Shown piece by piece: positions 1 through 11,850 of a DNA stretch of 51,517 nucleotides; position 1 is the stretch's first letter; the number at the start of each line of letters is the position of its first letter. The stretch lies in NCBI GenBank assembly GCA_964035545.1, contig CAXIUT010000036.1, positions 24,287-75,803 on the forward strand. The letters run 5' to 3'. The notes under the pieces were generated by a model, which ran no database searches, was not told where the DNA came from, and saw only the letters and a list, made by a program, of their open reading frames with translations. Both the position numbers and the translations under genes were made by a program. This stretch comes from Bugula neritina. Lineage: Eukaryota; Animalia; Bryozoa.

Positions 1-76
1 CCAACCCCAACCCCAACCCCAACCCCAACCCCAACCCCCAACCCCAACCCCAACCCCCAACCCCAACCCCAACCCC
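1..76 (+). repeat. Left terminal telomere (CCCCAA)n
   Basis: Tandem CCCCAA with two C5 variants at the very start; unique sequence begins at GATCTAGA (77). Confidence 0.97.
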
Positions 77-3000
77 GATCTAGATAGAAAATTATTATTA
101 GATAAATGATTAGATATAAATTGGATGTAAATATTAAAAATGTCATTAAATCGTTTATCAGATTATAATAATTGGTTTGATTTCTATTTGGATGTTATAT
201 TTGCTGAAGTATTTTCATTATCTGTTCAAAGACATCTTTAATAACTTCAAAAAAATAGCACTGAATGCTATCTACTAGTTACAGTTGAATTGTAGAGAGT
301 AGGTATTCTAAATGTCTTCTTAAAATCAAGAAGATTACGACATAAAAACAAACACTAGCCATTTAATAACTAGATTTATGATAGAAATAAGTATAAAAAT
401 ATAAAATGATTGTACAGTAGTTAAAATAACGATAAAGTTAGAAGTTAAAAATGAAAGCACATTCATATAAAATAAGTAATTAGATATTAAAAGCATAATT
501 TAAAACAATTTATGACTAAGCTACTGGATATTAGCCATTAATTCTAGTTTATATTTAGATCCGCAGTTCACAATATGCTCAAGATCATCAAAAATAGAAC
601 ATTGAAGTCATTATAATACAACTAAAATGAAAATCAATATAGTAATGGTAAAATAGAAATATTAATAATATAAAGATTACTTATGTTTATTGATTTGCTC
701 ATTTATTTTTCACATTTTTATATTTTAATGGTGAGAAGAAAGATTATTGATGGAAATATTATGGGTTAATAAAATAGTTGAAAAGATATTATGCTGACTA
801 GTAAATATACTCTTTATATTAATGAATATTAAATGATTAATTTCAGGTTAAAATATGGATTCTTCAACTTAGATATTATAAAAATCAAAAGTTCTTTCTA
901 AAAATACTAACAGCATTCTAGTTTATCAACTTTACTTCATTTATCACCAAGTTTATCACCACAATATCAAGCTTAAACAGGTCAAATATCATTTTTAGAT
1001 GAAAAGATATCAAGTAAGATGTATAATCAAATTGAAATGATCAATAACAAATAAATCTTGATAAACAATAACTAGATTTATAACTTGACAGTCAATATCT
1101 AGATTAATAACTCGATTGCTAATATTGTTGTTTTTTTATGATACTTTTGAGTTGTTTAACTTATGAACAATAAATAAAAGAAGAGATCAAAATTAATCAT
1201 AGAAATCATTTAATAATATAACTTCTTGGTATTGAGAACGAAATAAAATTTTAAATTATTTCTTCAAGTTGACATTCAATTATAATTTAACTTTGTGAAC
1301 TTTCCTCGTTATTATCATATTTATTTTTAGGATATATCCCCCATGATAACTAAAGGTCTTGTAAAAAACTAAATGCAGACATTTATCCTGGTTGCCAATC
1401 GATTCAGAGCTATCATGACTAGGACATAAATTGTTATTCGATAAAATGCACTAAATGACAAACACATCAAGATAAAATTCTCACAGACATCGGACATTAA
1501 ACATATTCGATAATCACTTTTCAGGTTTAGATGCTGGACAAGAAGGATAGCGCTAGCAGATAGTCAAGATACTGAAACCAGCATAACAAGATGAATCCGA
1601 TGGATATCAAGCCAACCACATCGAAAGGAATCAACCTAAAAATTATATTTTATCTTCAACTAAAGCTGTTTTATCTGCAAGTTGTACTTGTTACTCTTAA
1701 TTACCAGTAGTAAAACAACCAATACTGATTTATCCTTGGATCGTAGTTAAAAATTGATTTTAAGCTCTACACAATAGGAGTCCTGAGGTGTGGATACATC
1801 TAGTTTTACAAATTAATGTAGATATCTCTAACAATAACATCAACTAAATGAATAATCCTATAACTGATCTGTTCATTTATTGTTTTAATGTAGTTTTGTT
1901 AAAGAATGAGAGAATAAGGATTATTGTTAACATTTGAATAGGTTTGTTATATATTCTATTTATCTATTTACTATCATTCTGATAGTTTTTCCTCTTTTGA
2001 TTTGATATATTTGAGGATGACGACTTGACTTTTGATACTATTCATTATCTTGATTGAAGTTATCTTCTACTATGACAGTATTTGCTTCTTTTATTATGAT
2101 AAAAAACTTAAATCCAACTCCTTTTCTTTTGTTTTAAAGAAAGATCTTCCTCTCTTCTTCTTTTTTGTGTTAAATTTCCTCTATTTCTCTTCAAATTTTA
2201 TGTTTTCAACTCTTTTAACAAATTTATTTGTACTCTTCCAATAAACAGATCTCTTGGTTGGTTGATACTTTTAGCTTACAATGTGACATTTGTTCTTTGA
2301 TTTGGCTATCCTATTATTATTCTTCTTCCTTATTTTACTTTTATCCTTATCTGATTCACTCGTGCAATATAACCTTTACTAATCTATTCTATTTTCGTTC
2401 TTGTTTATTTTAACTTATATTGATATTATAAATCTTCATATTGACAAACTATTAATACATCTTCATTAATCCATATAATATTTCAATAACTTGATTAGAT
2501 AGTTAAAATAGATAACATTCAAACTTATTTACTTAAATATTTATTTATTGATAATTTAAAATAACAAATGAATGACGATCACTACCAAATCACTCTGAAT
2601 ACTTAGTATTCCACCACTTTAAACCTTTTATTTTAGGTTGCTCCAGAAAATGTTTTCCAGGTCTACTTATTGTCACAAATGTATTTATTATCTTCAGAAT
2701 TATAGGAATGACCTAAGTTTGCATAGGAAGAGTTATTATTATTGCATTGGTCAGATATGTAGAGATCATCATATCCAAATGTTGGACCATAGCTATTGTT
2801 ACAGAAAATTATATAATTTTGATGTTGACAAATCATTTTTTACTTTAAGTCCAACGACAGCAGAAAAGCTTCCTTTCCTGCATCACTTACATAATCAATA
2901 TAAACTTGGTTCCACTTGTATTTAGTATAGCCTCCAATAGTTTTACCAAACTCAGTTCTCACTAAAGTAAAAGTATGCTAGATGTTATCACATTTTTTAT

Positions 3001-3200
3001 GAAAAGCATATGCACTAAAACCATTTTCTGATCCTCTGTAGAGTAGCTATAACTTCTTTGGCTTTTTTAAAGCCTCCATCAAAAACAACTTTTGTTTTTC
3101 AACATCTTTATCTCTTTTCTTCAAGATTACTGTATCAAACTCAATAGAGGCATCTTTATCTCCTTTTTTTAAGATAACTGAGTCAAAATCATTTTGTAGT
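77..3200 (+). repeat. Segmental duplication, direct copy of ~19831-23180
   Basis: Collinear near-matches, e.g. gatctagatagaaaattatt (77) vs gatctagacagaaaattatt (19831) and atgataactaaaggtcttgtaaaaaactaaatgcag (1344 vs 21098), continuing through the TLDc domain. Confidence 0.9.
1320..1870 (+). pseudogene. Arrestin-like gene fragment with internal deletion
   Basis: Homologous to the minus-strand arrestin remnant at ~10630-11850, but lacks the ~200-nt SCCCCDQG segment and is frameshifted. Confidence 0.55.
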
Positions 3201-3763
3201 TTATCAAATAGAGTTAATTTAAACTATTTTATGGCTTCATTGAATTTTTTCATTTGTTTTTAGTAATCTCCAAGTAACTTTCTTATTACTTCTTAGTTTT
3301 TATTACTTTTACTTAGAGTTAAAACTTTACCAAGCAATTCTTTTGCTTCTTTTCCACTAAGACATTTTCCATTGATGTGATTAAAAATCTCTTGGACTAA
3401 TTTTTGGTTTTTAACATCAAGATTTCTGAAAGGCGATCCTTTGATAAACTTTTGTTAGTTTTCTTTGAAAGTTTCTATGAAGTTGTTATCGATTTTTAAA
3501 ACTCCATACATTAGATCTTTGTTATTATCGATCATCAGATTCAGGTTCTTAGTAAGACCAACCAAAGGACTCGACTCAGCTTCTTGAGAATATTCTGAAC
3601 ATGCACTGCAAGTAGGGTTAGTGCAGATCAAAGAGTTAGGACAAGCTGGATCAGTGCACATTCTTTCGATTTTATTTCCTTGAGGACACTTGAGGTTGAT
3701 AGGTTCTTTGAGGTAACTTTGGTTGAGGAGAGCTTGTATTTACTAGTCTCTGACTGGTTCCAT
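2579..3763 (-). CDS. TLDc family copy A: Cys-rich (B-box-like) + coiled coil + TLDc, 394 aa
   Basis: Intronless 1185-nt ORF with TAR=Glu: MEPVRDEE...KCPQGNKIERMCTDPACPNSLICTNPTCSAC...LLYRGSENGF...FHKKCDN...GKTIGGY...GPTFG...FKVVEYEVFRVIWE-TGA. Canonical TLDc motifs. Confidence 0.92.
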
Positions 3764-4249
3764 TAATTGTTTATAGAACTTAACTGAATGAATGTGATTT
3801 ATACTTGATAATGATAAGCTATCTTTCTAATTCTGACAAAAGTATCAAAAAGATAGACTTAACTTTAAAATAAAATAATTAAAAGGATTTGACTAAAAAA
3901 GAAGAAGGTAGGATGGTAGTAAATGATATTAATTATTATGATATTATTGAGTCATATATTATATTTATCAAATTTTTATAAAATATTTACAATATCTCAT
4001 ATATCATGACAGACTATTCGTTGCTTCTCTGATTTATTTCACAATTTTTAGTATCTTTTTGTTCTAGCATTAGAAAACAACGATCAAAATTGATTATTTT
4101 GTTTGAATTGATGTTATTATTTATTTGTTTATTGTTATGTTTTGCCATTAAATGTAGCTAAAAGTTGATAAAAAATAACTTAATTTTCTATTTATTAACT
4201 TTTCTGTTAATCATAAACTTTTTTTCATTTTTATCTTCTTTGATCTCTT

Positions 4250-4830
4250 TCTAGTCCAATAAATATCCTTTTTATTAGTCGAATATATTCTAAGTGAAAA
4301 GATAAATATGAATTTTAGAAATCAAGTTTAGATCTTATCAAATATTTGTTGATGTTATTGGTTGTACTGTTAGTTGAGTTGAAGTCAGGTAGGTAATTTC
4401 TTTGTCTTCAACATACTGCTTCGAAATGTTTCATAAAATAAGTTAACTTATTTATCATCTATTTTATTTATTGTTGCTGTTAGCTATTTTTTTATAAGTT
4501 ATTTTCAAGTAACTTCTTATTATTCTATCTTTTTACAACTATTTCTATTAATAGATTTCATTGATTAATCACTAGTGTATACTATATGTTTATCTCACAA
4601 TCTTCTCGAACATCGAAGGACATTTCGGTTACCAAACCATAGCTATTCAGTTCTATTTACTAAATAATTTTCGATACTATAAAATACAACATGTTAAAAG
4701 TTTCGTGTTCATTGAATTTAGTGATTAATATTTAAATAGATGTTGATAAAAAAAATATCTCCTGTTTATTTTTGACTCGAATACAGTTTATACTCTATCT
4801 AACTACTCCAAGTATTCAGACTGGATGGTT
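4250..4830 (-). repeat. Diverged inverted copy of ~12260-12800 (decayed coding-like sequence, unidentified)
   Basis: Shared strings cgagtcaaaaataaacagg, atcaacatctattta and atggtttggtaacc occur in both places in opposite orientation; no intact frame found. Confidence 0.6.
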
Positions 4831-6073
4831 ATCAAAAGAAATAAGCTAAAAAGACTTATTCAAAAATATATTTATGATATTTATTATTAAAAATTATCAA
4901 ATAGAATTAAAATGATGACTAGTAATAAGATGAATCATAATTTATACGCTATAATATTTATCATAAATAAAGAACAAACTTGTTATTAGGACCTCTTTTC
5001 TCCTTCTAAGAATTTCCTTTAACTTGAAAAGAAGTCTTGATAGTAGATGAATTACTACTTATTTTAGAGGAATCTGAAATTTAGAAGTTATAGATCAATG
5101 TATAGATAGAGAACTTGATGATGAAAGCTATTGAAGCGACTATTACTAGTGCCTAAACTTCTTCTCACTGATCAAATAAATATAAATATTTTTTTCTCAA
5201 TTGTAAACTGCAAGAATAAAGTTATTTGTAAGTAAAACTAGTTTAGATTAACAAATAGAATTGATATCAATCATGATGAATGTTTTAATTTTAATCAATT
5301 GAAATATATAAAGAAATTAGATAGATATAAGAGAAATAGTCAATCAAATATATAAATTCAATTAAATAGAGAGATAAATGTTTTAATTTTCGATAAATAA
5401 AATACAAGCATTTGATATAATTTATAATAAAACCAGTATAGCTGATAAAGTTGAGTAAAGAGTTGATTTTCTTGAACTTATGAAAAGATGTATTTTAATC
5501 ACTAGGTTTCGATATTTACTAGCTGTTTCATAAACAGTTAGAATCGAAAAGAGCCTCCTGTTATTCCTTTTTTATTTACTTTTTCCTTTTTTATAAACAT
5601 CCTTTCTCAATAACTACTATATCCAGTTATTTCAATAGTATGATGTAAAGTTTAATCATTATCTAAGCATCGTTCATATTTTTGTTCATAGTTGTTGAGA
5701 TTATTTTGAAGATGAATGTTTTATTGAGTTATATTTTTATTCTAATTTTCAATACTACCATTTTATTAATCAGATCAGATACATATTCTTGATGGTCTTG
5801 CTGATAATTATAAATCAACTTTTTGTTTGAATCATTATTTTACTTCTAAGATCATTAATTACTATCTAGTATTACGATTATTTATAGGCATAATTGATAG
5901 TTTCTACATCAAGTAGTTTGATCTTCAAAACTATTGAGTAAATTATTAAGTACTCTATTAAAGAATAACTAAAAACTAAGATGGTTTGCGAATTGAATCT
6001 AACTGATCTTAGTTGAATAGATTATCAATTATCAAACTGAAATATTTGACTTATGACATGTAATAAAATTAAT

Positions 6074-6136
6074 GGGGTTGGGGTTGGGGTTGGGGTTGGG
6101 GTTGGGGTTGGGGTTGGGGTTGGGGTTGGGGTTGGG
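6074..6136 (+). repeat. Internal telomeric tract G4T2, 63 nt
   Basis: GGGG(TTGGGG)9TTGGG, followed directly by non-telomeric sequence. Confidence 0.97.
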
Positions 6137-6282
6137 AAATATTCCTACAAATGCCTTCTTCTTCATTTTCTTTTCATATCGCTTTAATTATCATATTGTT
6201 TAAATAAATAATTTAAATAGTGTATATAAATATAAAAACTTGATTCAACAACCTGTTTGAAAGAATCAGTAGTGATGAGTAA

Positions 6283-6383
6283 TAAAAATCTGACTGTCAA
6301 ATCTATTGATCTTCTCATCCATTATTATTATCATTTCTTAAAGATTTATCAATCATAATATAAAAGAATCATCAGGTAGTCAA
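6283..6383 (+). repeat. Copy of the right subtelomere (51312-51421), including an EKSDCQIY-stop remnant
   Basis: tgtcaaatctattgatcttctcatccattatt...ggtagtcaa matches the last ~100 nt before the right telomere. Confidence 0.85.
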
Positions 6384-6898
6384 CTGATAGAAATCCTAAT
6401 GGTAATCAGAAAAAGAAAAGATAGCATCAATCGCATAATAATAGAATACCATTTACTGTCAAATATAACAAAATTGTCAACTTGGATTAAAGGTACATCT
6501 TGCTAGTACTATTTGATGATCATTTTTTCATCTATTTTAGAAGATAGGTTATCGTGTTAAAATGAGATATAAATTGATTTCAAAAAACTGATCCTAAACA
6601 ATATTTACTGTAAGTAGTAAAAAAAGCAAAATAAATACTAATAAATGCAGGTCACAAAGGTAATGAATAACTTTAGACTAGACATGAAAACTAAGTTTTG
6701 ATTATTTATTATTTTATGTAGTTAAAGAGATAATAAAATAAATATCTCATCGAAAAATATATGAAAAATGATTTTAGATTAAATAAGAAAAGGTAATAAT
6801 AATAAGATTATCTGGTTGGAAAAAGTTACTTAGAAAATTAATCTTGAAGATATTAAATGTAGGTATAGGTGTAATAAAAAAATTATGATTGTGAGTAG

Positions 6899-7321
6899 TC
6901 ATTGATTTAACTGTTAGACTAGTCTTTGATTTAACTGTTAGACTAGGATAATTGGCCTCTGCAACTCCTATTTGTTAATCAACCCGTCATCAGAATCATC
7001 AATCACCTTAAAAGCCTACAAGTACACCCTCTCACTGCGATTAGCTATGATCTTAGGAGCAACTAACTATAAAAATTAAGTAAAATCAATAAATCCATTC
7101 CCGTCTTTATCGATCTGACTGATAATCAACTGCAACTCCTACTCCTGAAGAGTCTGGCCTAGTGTCTTAAGTATCTGGTCGAATTACTATCATAGATAAT
7201 CAAGTACTCGAATAGAAATAGATCCAGAACCGTCTTGATCGAATATCCTAAAAGCTTGCTGGGCCTAGAACTACTCCTTGCGAGTTAGATACTTACGCAT
7301 TGAATGTTTGACCTCGTACAT
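6899..7321 (-). pseudogene. Truncated calmodulin/centrin-like copy (3 EF-hands, aberrant C-terminus)
   Basis: Near-identical to 24758-25130 including the 21-nt intron. It diverges after ELQR into a tandem duplication (ctagtctaacagttaaatcaa x2) and TGA, losing the fourth EF-hand region. Confidence 0.75.
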
Positions 7322-8539
7322 CTAAGAATATTGGAATCGATGTTTAAAATAATATAGAAATCAAGTAGAAAAACTCACATCCCCTAAATATCTATTTAAT
7401 CAGACAAGAATAATAAATGAATCTTAAGCTTAGTATTATAGATCTCTAATTGAATATTACTTCTATCATAAAATCAATATTTTTAACATAATTATTCGTC
7501 TTACTAGCATTATAACAGTACTATTTGGAACTTCTTTTGAAAGTTATTTAGGTTATTTATTTTCTATGAGAAGATTAATAGCAGATAAAATGATATCTAC
7601 TGTCAGATCTATTAAAATGGTCAACTTGGAAAGATTATTATCATAAATTATGAAGATTGTAATCAATACAGTTTTATCTATCAAATGGCTAGCATAAAGT
7701 TATAAATTGTCTTTTTTCAGCACCTATATTGATAAATCACAGACTACAATCTTAGAATCGAAGTTTTATTGACTGCAACAAGATAAAAACAACAAAAAAT
7801 AGTTTAAAAAGTTGAAACAAGGTCTATTAGTATGTTGTTGATCGTAATTGATGATAAAAATATTATGTAAATCATAAATATCTCGATTAAAAGTTGGTTT
7901 ATTGAAGAATAGATGGCATTATAAGAGAAAAGAGAGTTAGTTATGAAATATAGTTGTATTTTAATAAAAATATATCGTTATCAGAATAGTTTAATATTAT
8001 TAGAATCCTTATTATGTTGAATATAAAGAATATGATGAAGACCTTCATTGAAGAAAGCTAGATTTCAATTTCAATATTTTTTGAAGAAGTTTAGACCGAA
8101 TAATTAGACTACTATATTTTAGTAAACATCAATAGTTATTGAATTAACACTATTAGAATAAAAATTAGTTAATAAATTGAAAAGATAGTTATGTTGACTA
8201 CACAAAGAAGTCAATAAGAAGAAGAAAAAGTATAAAGATATGAGTTGATTGATCAAGATGATGATTAAGTAAAGTAAACATATTTTTGGTTGGTTTATTA
8301 TTTAATATATATTTAACTCATATTGTTCTTCTTGATCAATCGAGTATTAGTGTATTTTAAATAGAAAATTATTTAAATCTATTATCAAGCATGATCATAT
8401 GTTGTATCGAAAGTTATGCATGTTGATTAGATCGTGAAGAGTTATCCATCTTTGAGGAGATAGTGGGTATTTTATTTTTAAACTTCTTGTTTCTCGACTA
8501 CTATCTTACTTATATTGGGTATCGTAAATAATCAGAATT

Positions 8540-8611
8540 GGTAAGATAAATTAGCAAGAATTATTATATTTTTACTTAAATCGTACTTAATATCGCAAGG
8601 TTTATAAAAAA
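8540..8611 (+). promoter_or_regulatory. Conserved upstream/5' UTR block of the TLDc family (also ~14160-14234, ~23740-23820 minus, ~50025-50102)
   Basis: taagataaatta-caag...cttaaatcgtactt...caaggtt immediately precedes the ATG in copies B, C, E and F and looks more conserved than the flanking spacer. Function is inferred only. Confidence 0.4.
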
Positions 8612-9796
8612 ATGTAAAGAGTTAAAGACTAAGATTTTCAAGCTATCAATCAGGCATACCTCAGAATGCCTACTGACCTTAAGTGTCCTTAAGGTAATAA
8701 AATAGATAGAATCAGTACAGATTCTTCTTGTGAAAATGCTCTGATATGTTCTGATTACTAATGTATATCATGTTCAGAATATTCTCTAAAAAAAAAATCT
8801 ATTCCTTTATTTGGACTCACTAAAGGTCTCAATGTTATGGTTGATAACAATAAATAACTGATCTAGAGATCACTTAAGATAGATAATGATTTTATTTAAA
8901 CTTTCAAAAAAGATCAACAGGAGTTCATAAAAATATCTCCTTTCAAAGGACTTTAAGAGAAATACATACAAATTATCCAGGAAATATTTACAAAAGTTAA
9001 TGCTAAGTGTTTGAGTGGAAAATAAGCAAATTAACTTCAAAGTAAAGTGTTTTAGTTGAGTAAAAGCAACAAAAAACATGAAGGAATGAATCAGTTACTT
9101 GAAGACTATTCAAAACAAATGAAAAAATATTGTGACGCCATCAAAGAATTCAGGTAGACTATATTTAATAAACTAAATAATGATTTTAATCCAGTTATCT
9201 TAAAAAAAGGAAACAAAGAAGTTGATGATGACTTTGATTCAGTTATTTTGAAGAAAGGAGATAAAGATGTTGAACAACAAAAGTTGTTTTTGATGGAGGC
9301 TTTAAAAAAGCCAAAGAAGTTATAACTACTCTACAGAGGATCAGAAAATGGTTTTAGTTCATCTGCTTTCCATAACAAATGTGATAACATCTAGCATACT
9401 TTTACTTTAGTGAGAACTGAGTTTGGTAAAACTATTGGAGGGTATTCCAAATACAAGTGGAACCAAGTGAATAGTAATTGGGTAAGTGATGCAGGGAAGG
9501 AAGCTTTTCTGCTGTCTTTGGACTTAAAGTAAAAAATGATTTGTCACAATCAAAATAATATAATATACTGTGACAATAACTATGGTCCAATATTTGGAGG
9601 TGGGAGTGATCTCTGCATATCTGACGAATGCAATAATAATAACAAATCCTTTGCAAACTTAGGTTGGTCCTATAATTCTGAAGATAAAAAATACATTTTC
9701 AATAATAAGTAGACCTGGAAAGCATTTTCCGGAGCAACCAATAGTGAGAAGTTTAAAGTGGTTGAATACTAAGTATTCAGACTGATTTGGAAGTGA
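8612..9796 (+). CDS. TLDc family copy B, 394 aa
   Basis: Intronless 1185-nt ORF with TAR=Glu: MERVKDEDFQ...LLYRGSENGF...GPIFGGGSDL...VVEYEVFRLIWK-TGA. Confidence 0.93.
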
Positions 9797-9949
9797 TTGT
9801 CATTCATTTCTAATTTGTAAATAATCAATAAATAAGTATCAAAGTAAATAAGTTTGAATTTGATTTATCATAACTATCCTTTAATATAGTTTTAAATACT
9901 ATCAATTATCATATTATCATGATGTACTGATAGTTGTAGTTATTAAGAT

Positions 9950-10630
9950 CGAATATCAACAAATAGGTGATGCATTTCTAACAGTAAAATATTGATGAAG
10001 ATTCAGTTGGTTTTAGATAGTATTAGAAGGCTCATATCAATAATATTAGAATAAATAAATCAGCTACTACATATATTGCTAAATAAATCAGTTAGCATAT
10101 CAAATAAAGATAATAAATCAACTAGTAACAAGCCATTAAATCAAAAGTAAACAAGAAGAAAATAAAATAGATTGATATCAGTTATATTACAAGGAGAAAG
10201 AATCTAATTATATAAGAAGAATAGGAAAGTAGAAGAAGACCAATATCAGATCAAATAGAAGTGCAAATGTTAGGATTTTAAGTTAAAGGTATCAACCAAG
10301 AGATCTGTTTCAGGGAAGGGTGACAAAGAGCACAAATAAATATGTTAAAAGAATTGAAAAAAGGACTGTAAAGATAGATAAAAGATAGTTAATAGCAAAA
10401 AAGGAAGAAGAGAGGAAGACCTTCAAAAAAACAACCAAGTATTATCATAGTAGCAGATAACTTCAATCAAGATAAACAATTAATATCGAAAGTAAAGTAG
10501 TTATTGTCAAATACATCAAATCAAAAGAGGACAAACCATCAGAATGATAGCAAATAAATAAGAAAACAAAATCAAAAACCTATTCAAAGGCCAGAATAAC
10601 CCTTATTCCCTCATTCTTGAACAAAAATTA
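9950..10630 (+). pseudogene. AT-hook-containing gene remnant (copies ~1900-2450 minus, ~15560 onward plus, ~21660-22400 minus)
   Basis: 10396-10431 reads QKRKKRGRPSKK (AT-hook core RGRP). Frames are interrupted by TGA and indels, and the copies differ. Confidence 0.5.
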
Positions 10631-11850
10631 ATCATAAACTAACAGATCAGTTCAAAGGATTATTATTCATTTGATTGATGTTATTGTTAGAGACATCCAA
10701 GTTGATTTGTAAACTAGCCATTATGATTTCAGTTGTGTAGAACTTGGAATAAACTATTAACTGGAATCGATTTATCAGTATTGGCTGCTTACTACTTGAT
10801 AACTAAGAGCAACAAGTACAACTTGCATATAAAACAGCTCACACCTGAAGATAGCATCTACTTTTAGATCGATTCCTTTAGATGTAGTTGACATCCATTA
10901 GATTGTTATGTTGGTGCAATGTTCTAACTCCTTGCTGGCACTATCATTCTTGCCCAGCATCTAAACCAGAAAAGTGATTGTCGAATATATTTAATGTCCG
11001 ATGTCTGTGATGATTCTATCTTGATATAAAAGTTATTTCGTTCTTTAGGGCTACTGTTACTCTTTAGACCTTTGTTTTCCTTATTTTTTGTTAACTACAC
11101 AGTATATTTTGGCATCTTATCCTGGTGCATCTCCATTTTCTAGAAAAAATATTGAACTCTGGTTACGCCTTGATCACAGCAGCAACAACTCTTACTAACA
11201 GTAGCAACAACTCTTAATTGTTTATCATTGCGAAGAGGTGCAATTTATCGAATAACAACTTATGTCTTAGTCTTGATAGATTTGAATCGATTAGCAACCC
11301 AAATAAATGCCTGCATCTAGTATTTGATAAGACATTTAGTTATCATGTGATCTATCCTAAAAATAATTATGATATATACTAGGAAGATTGCTAGTGTTAT
11401 CCTGTTTTGAATCTGAATGGAAAAGAGTATTGTCCTGGTAGTCTTAATAATCCACCAAAATATAGAGAAGAAGATGTAAGAATCTGGCAATGATTCTACC
11501 TCCTGAATATCTTTTTATCTATATGATGTCCCTACCTCTTTTGATATAGTTAAATTTCATCGACTAGTCATTGACCTATCCATCTTATGAGTCAGAACTT
11601 TATATGTGGACTCGGTAGGCGTTATGCCAGATCATGTTGGCTTGCAATCTGTTTCTTTAATTGTACGCAAGAACTCTTTTATTCTATTCATCTATTATGA
11701 CTATTTTTGAGTTTAACTGTGATGTCGTTAGCGTTGACTGGTTATACTAAATAGAGAGATAGACGTGGCCTTCGAGCATTTATCCTACAAAGTCAAATGA
11801 TTTGTTGAATTGGGTGAATGCTGAGGAGATCTAGATATGTTGTGACTAAT
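10630..11850 (-). pseudogene. Arrestin-domain protein, frameshifted
   Basis: Motifs spread over several frames: FVGEMLEGHVYLSI, LPGQYSFPFRF, VVIREIAP...SKSCCCCDQGVTRVQYFFEK. These parallel the intact arrestin-like gene at 34562-35694 (EGVVFI, AGRYAYPFS, FIREP, CGCCSQG). Confidence 0.7.

Larger units (their letters stand above)
6947..11375 (+). repeat. Segmental duplication, inverted relative to ~21070-25132 (EF-hand gene - spacer - TLDc - AT-hook remnant - arrestin remnant)
   Basis: Same order of modules on opposite strands with long shared strings; spacer is more diverged. Confidence 0.85.

Noticed and set aside
4900-6060. Possible genes beside the first internal telomere tract
   Set aside because: The frames examined are interrupted by TGA and show no recognisable domains; at most unidentifiable relics.
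8283-8297. TAAACCAACC on the minus strand, resembling the Tetrahymena Cbs core
   Set aside because: The remaining positions (AAAAA) do not match, the paralogous site near 13920 has lost the match, and no telomere is adjacent.
9330-9796. Diversity-generating retroelement behind the TLDc variation (many variable codons look like AAT/AAC changed to NNT/NNC)
   Set aside because: Many changes are not at adenines (GCA/TCA/GTA/GGA, TGG, GGA/GCA), codon indels occur, and no template repeat or reverse transcriptase is visible in the window. An adenine-bias test on all genomic copies would still be worthwhile.
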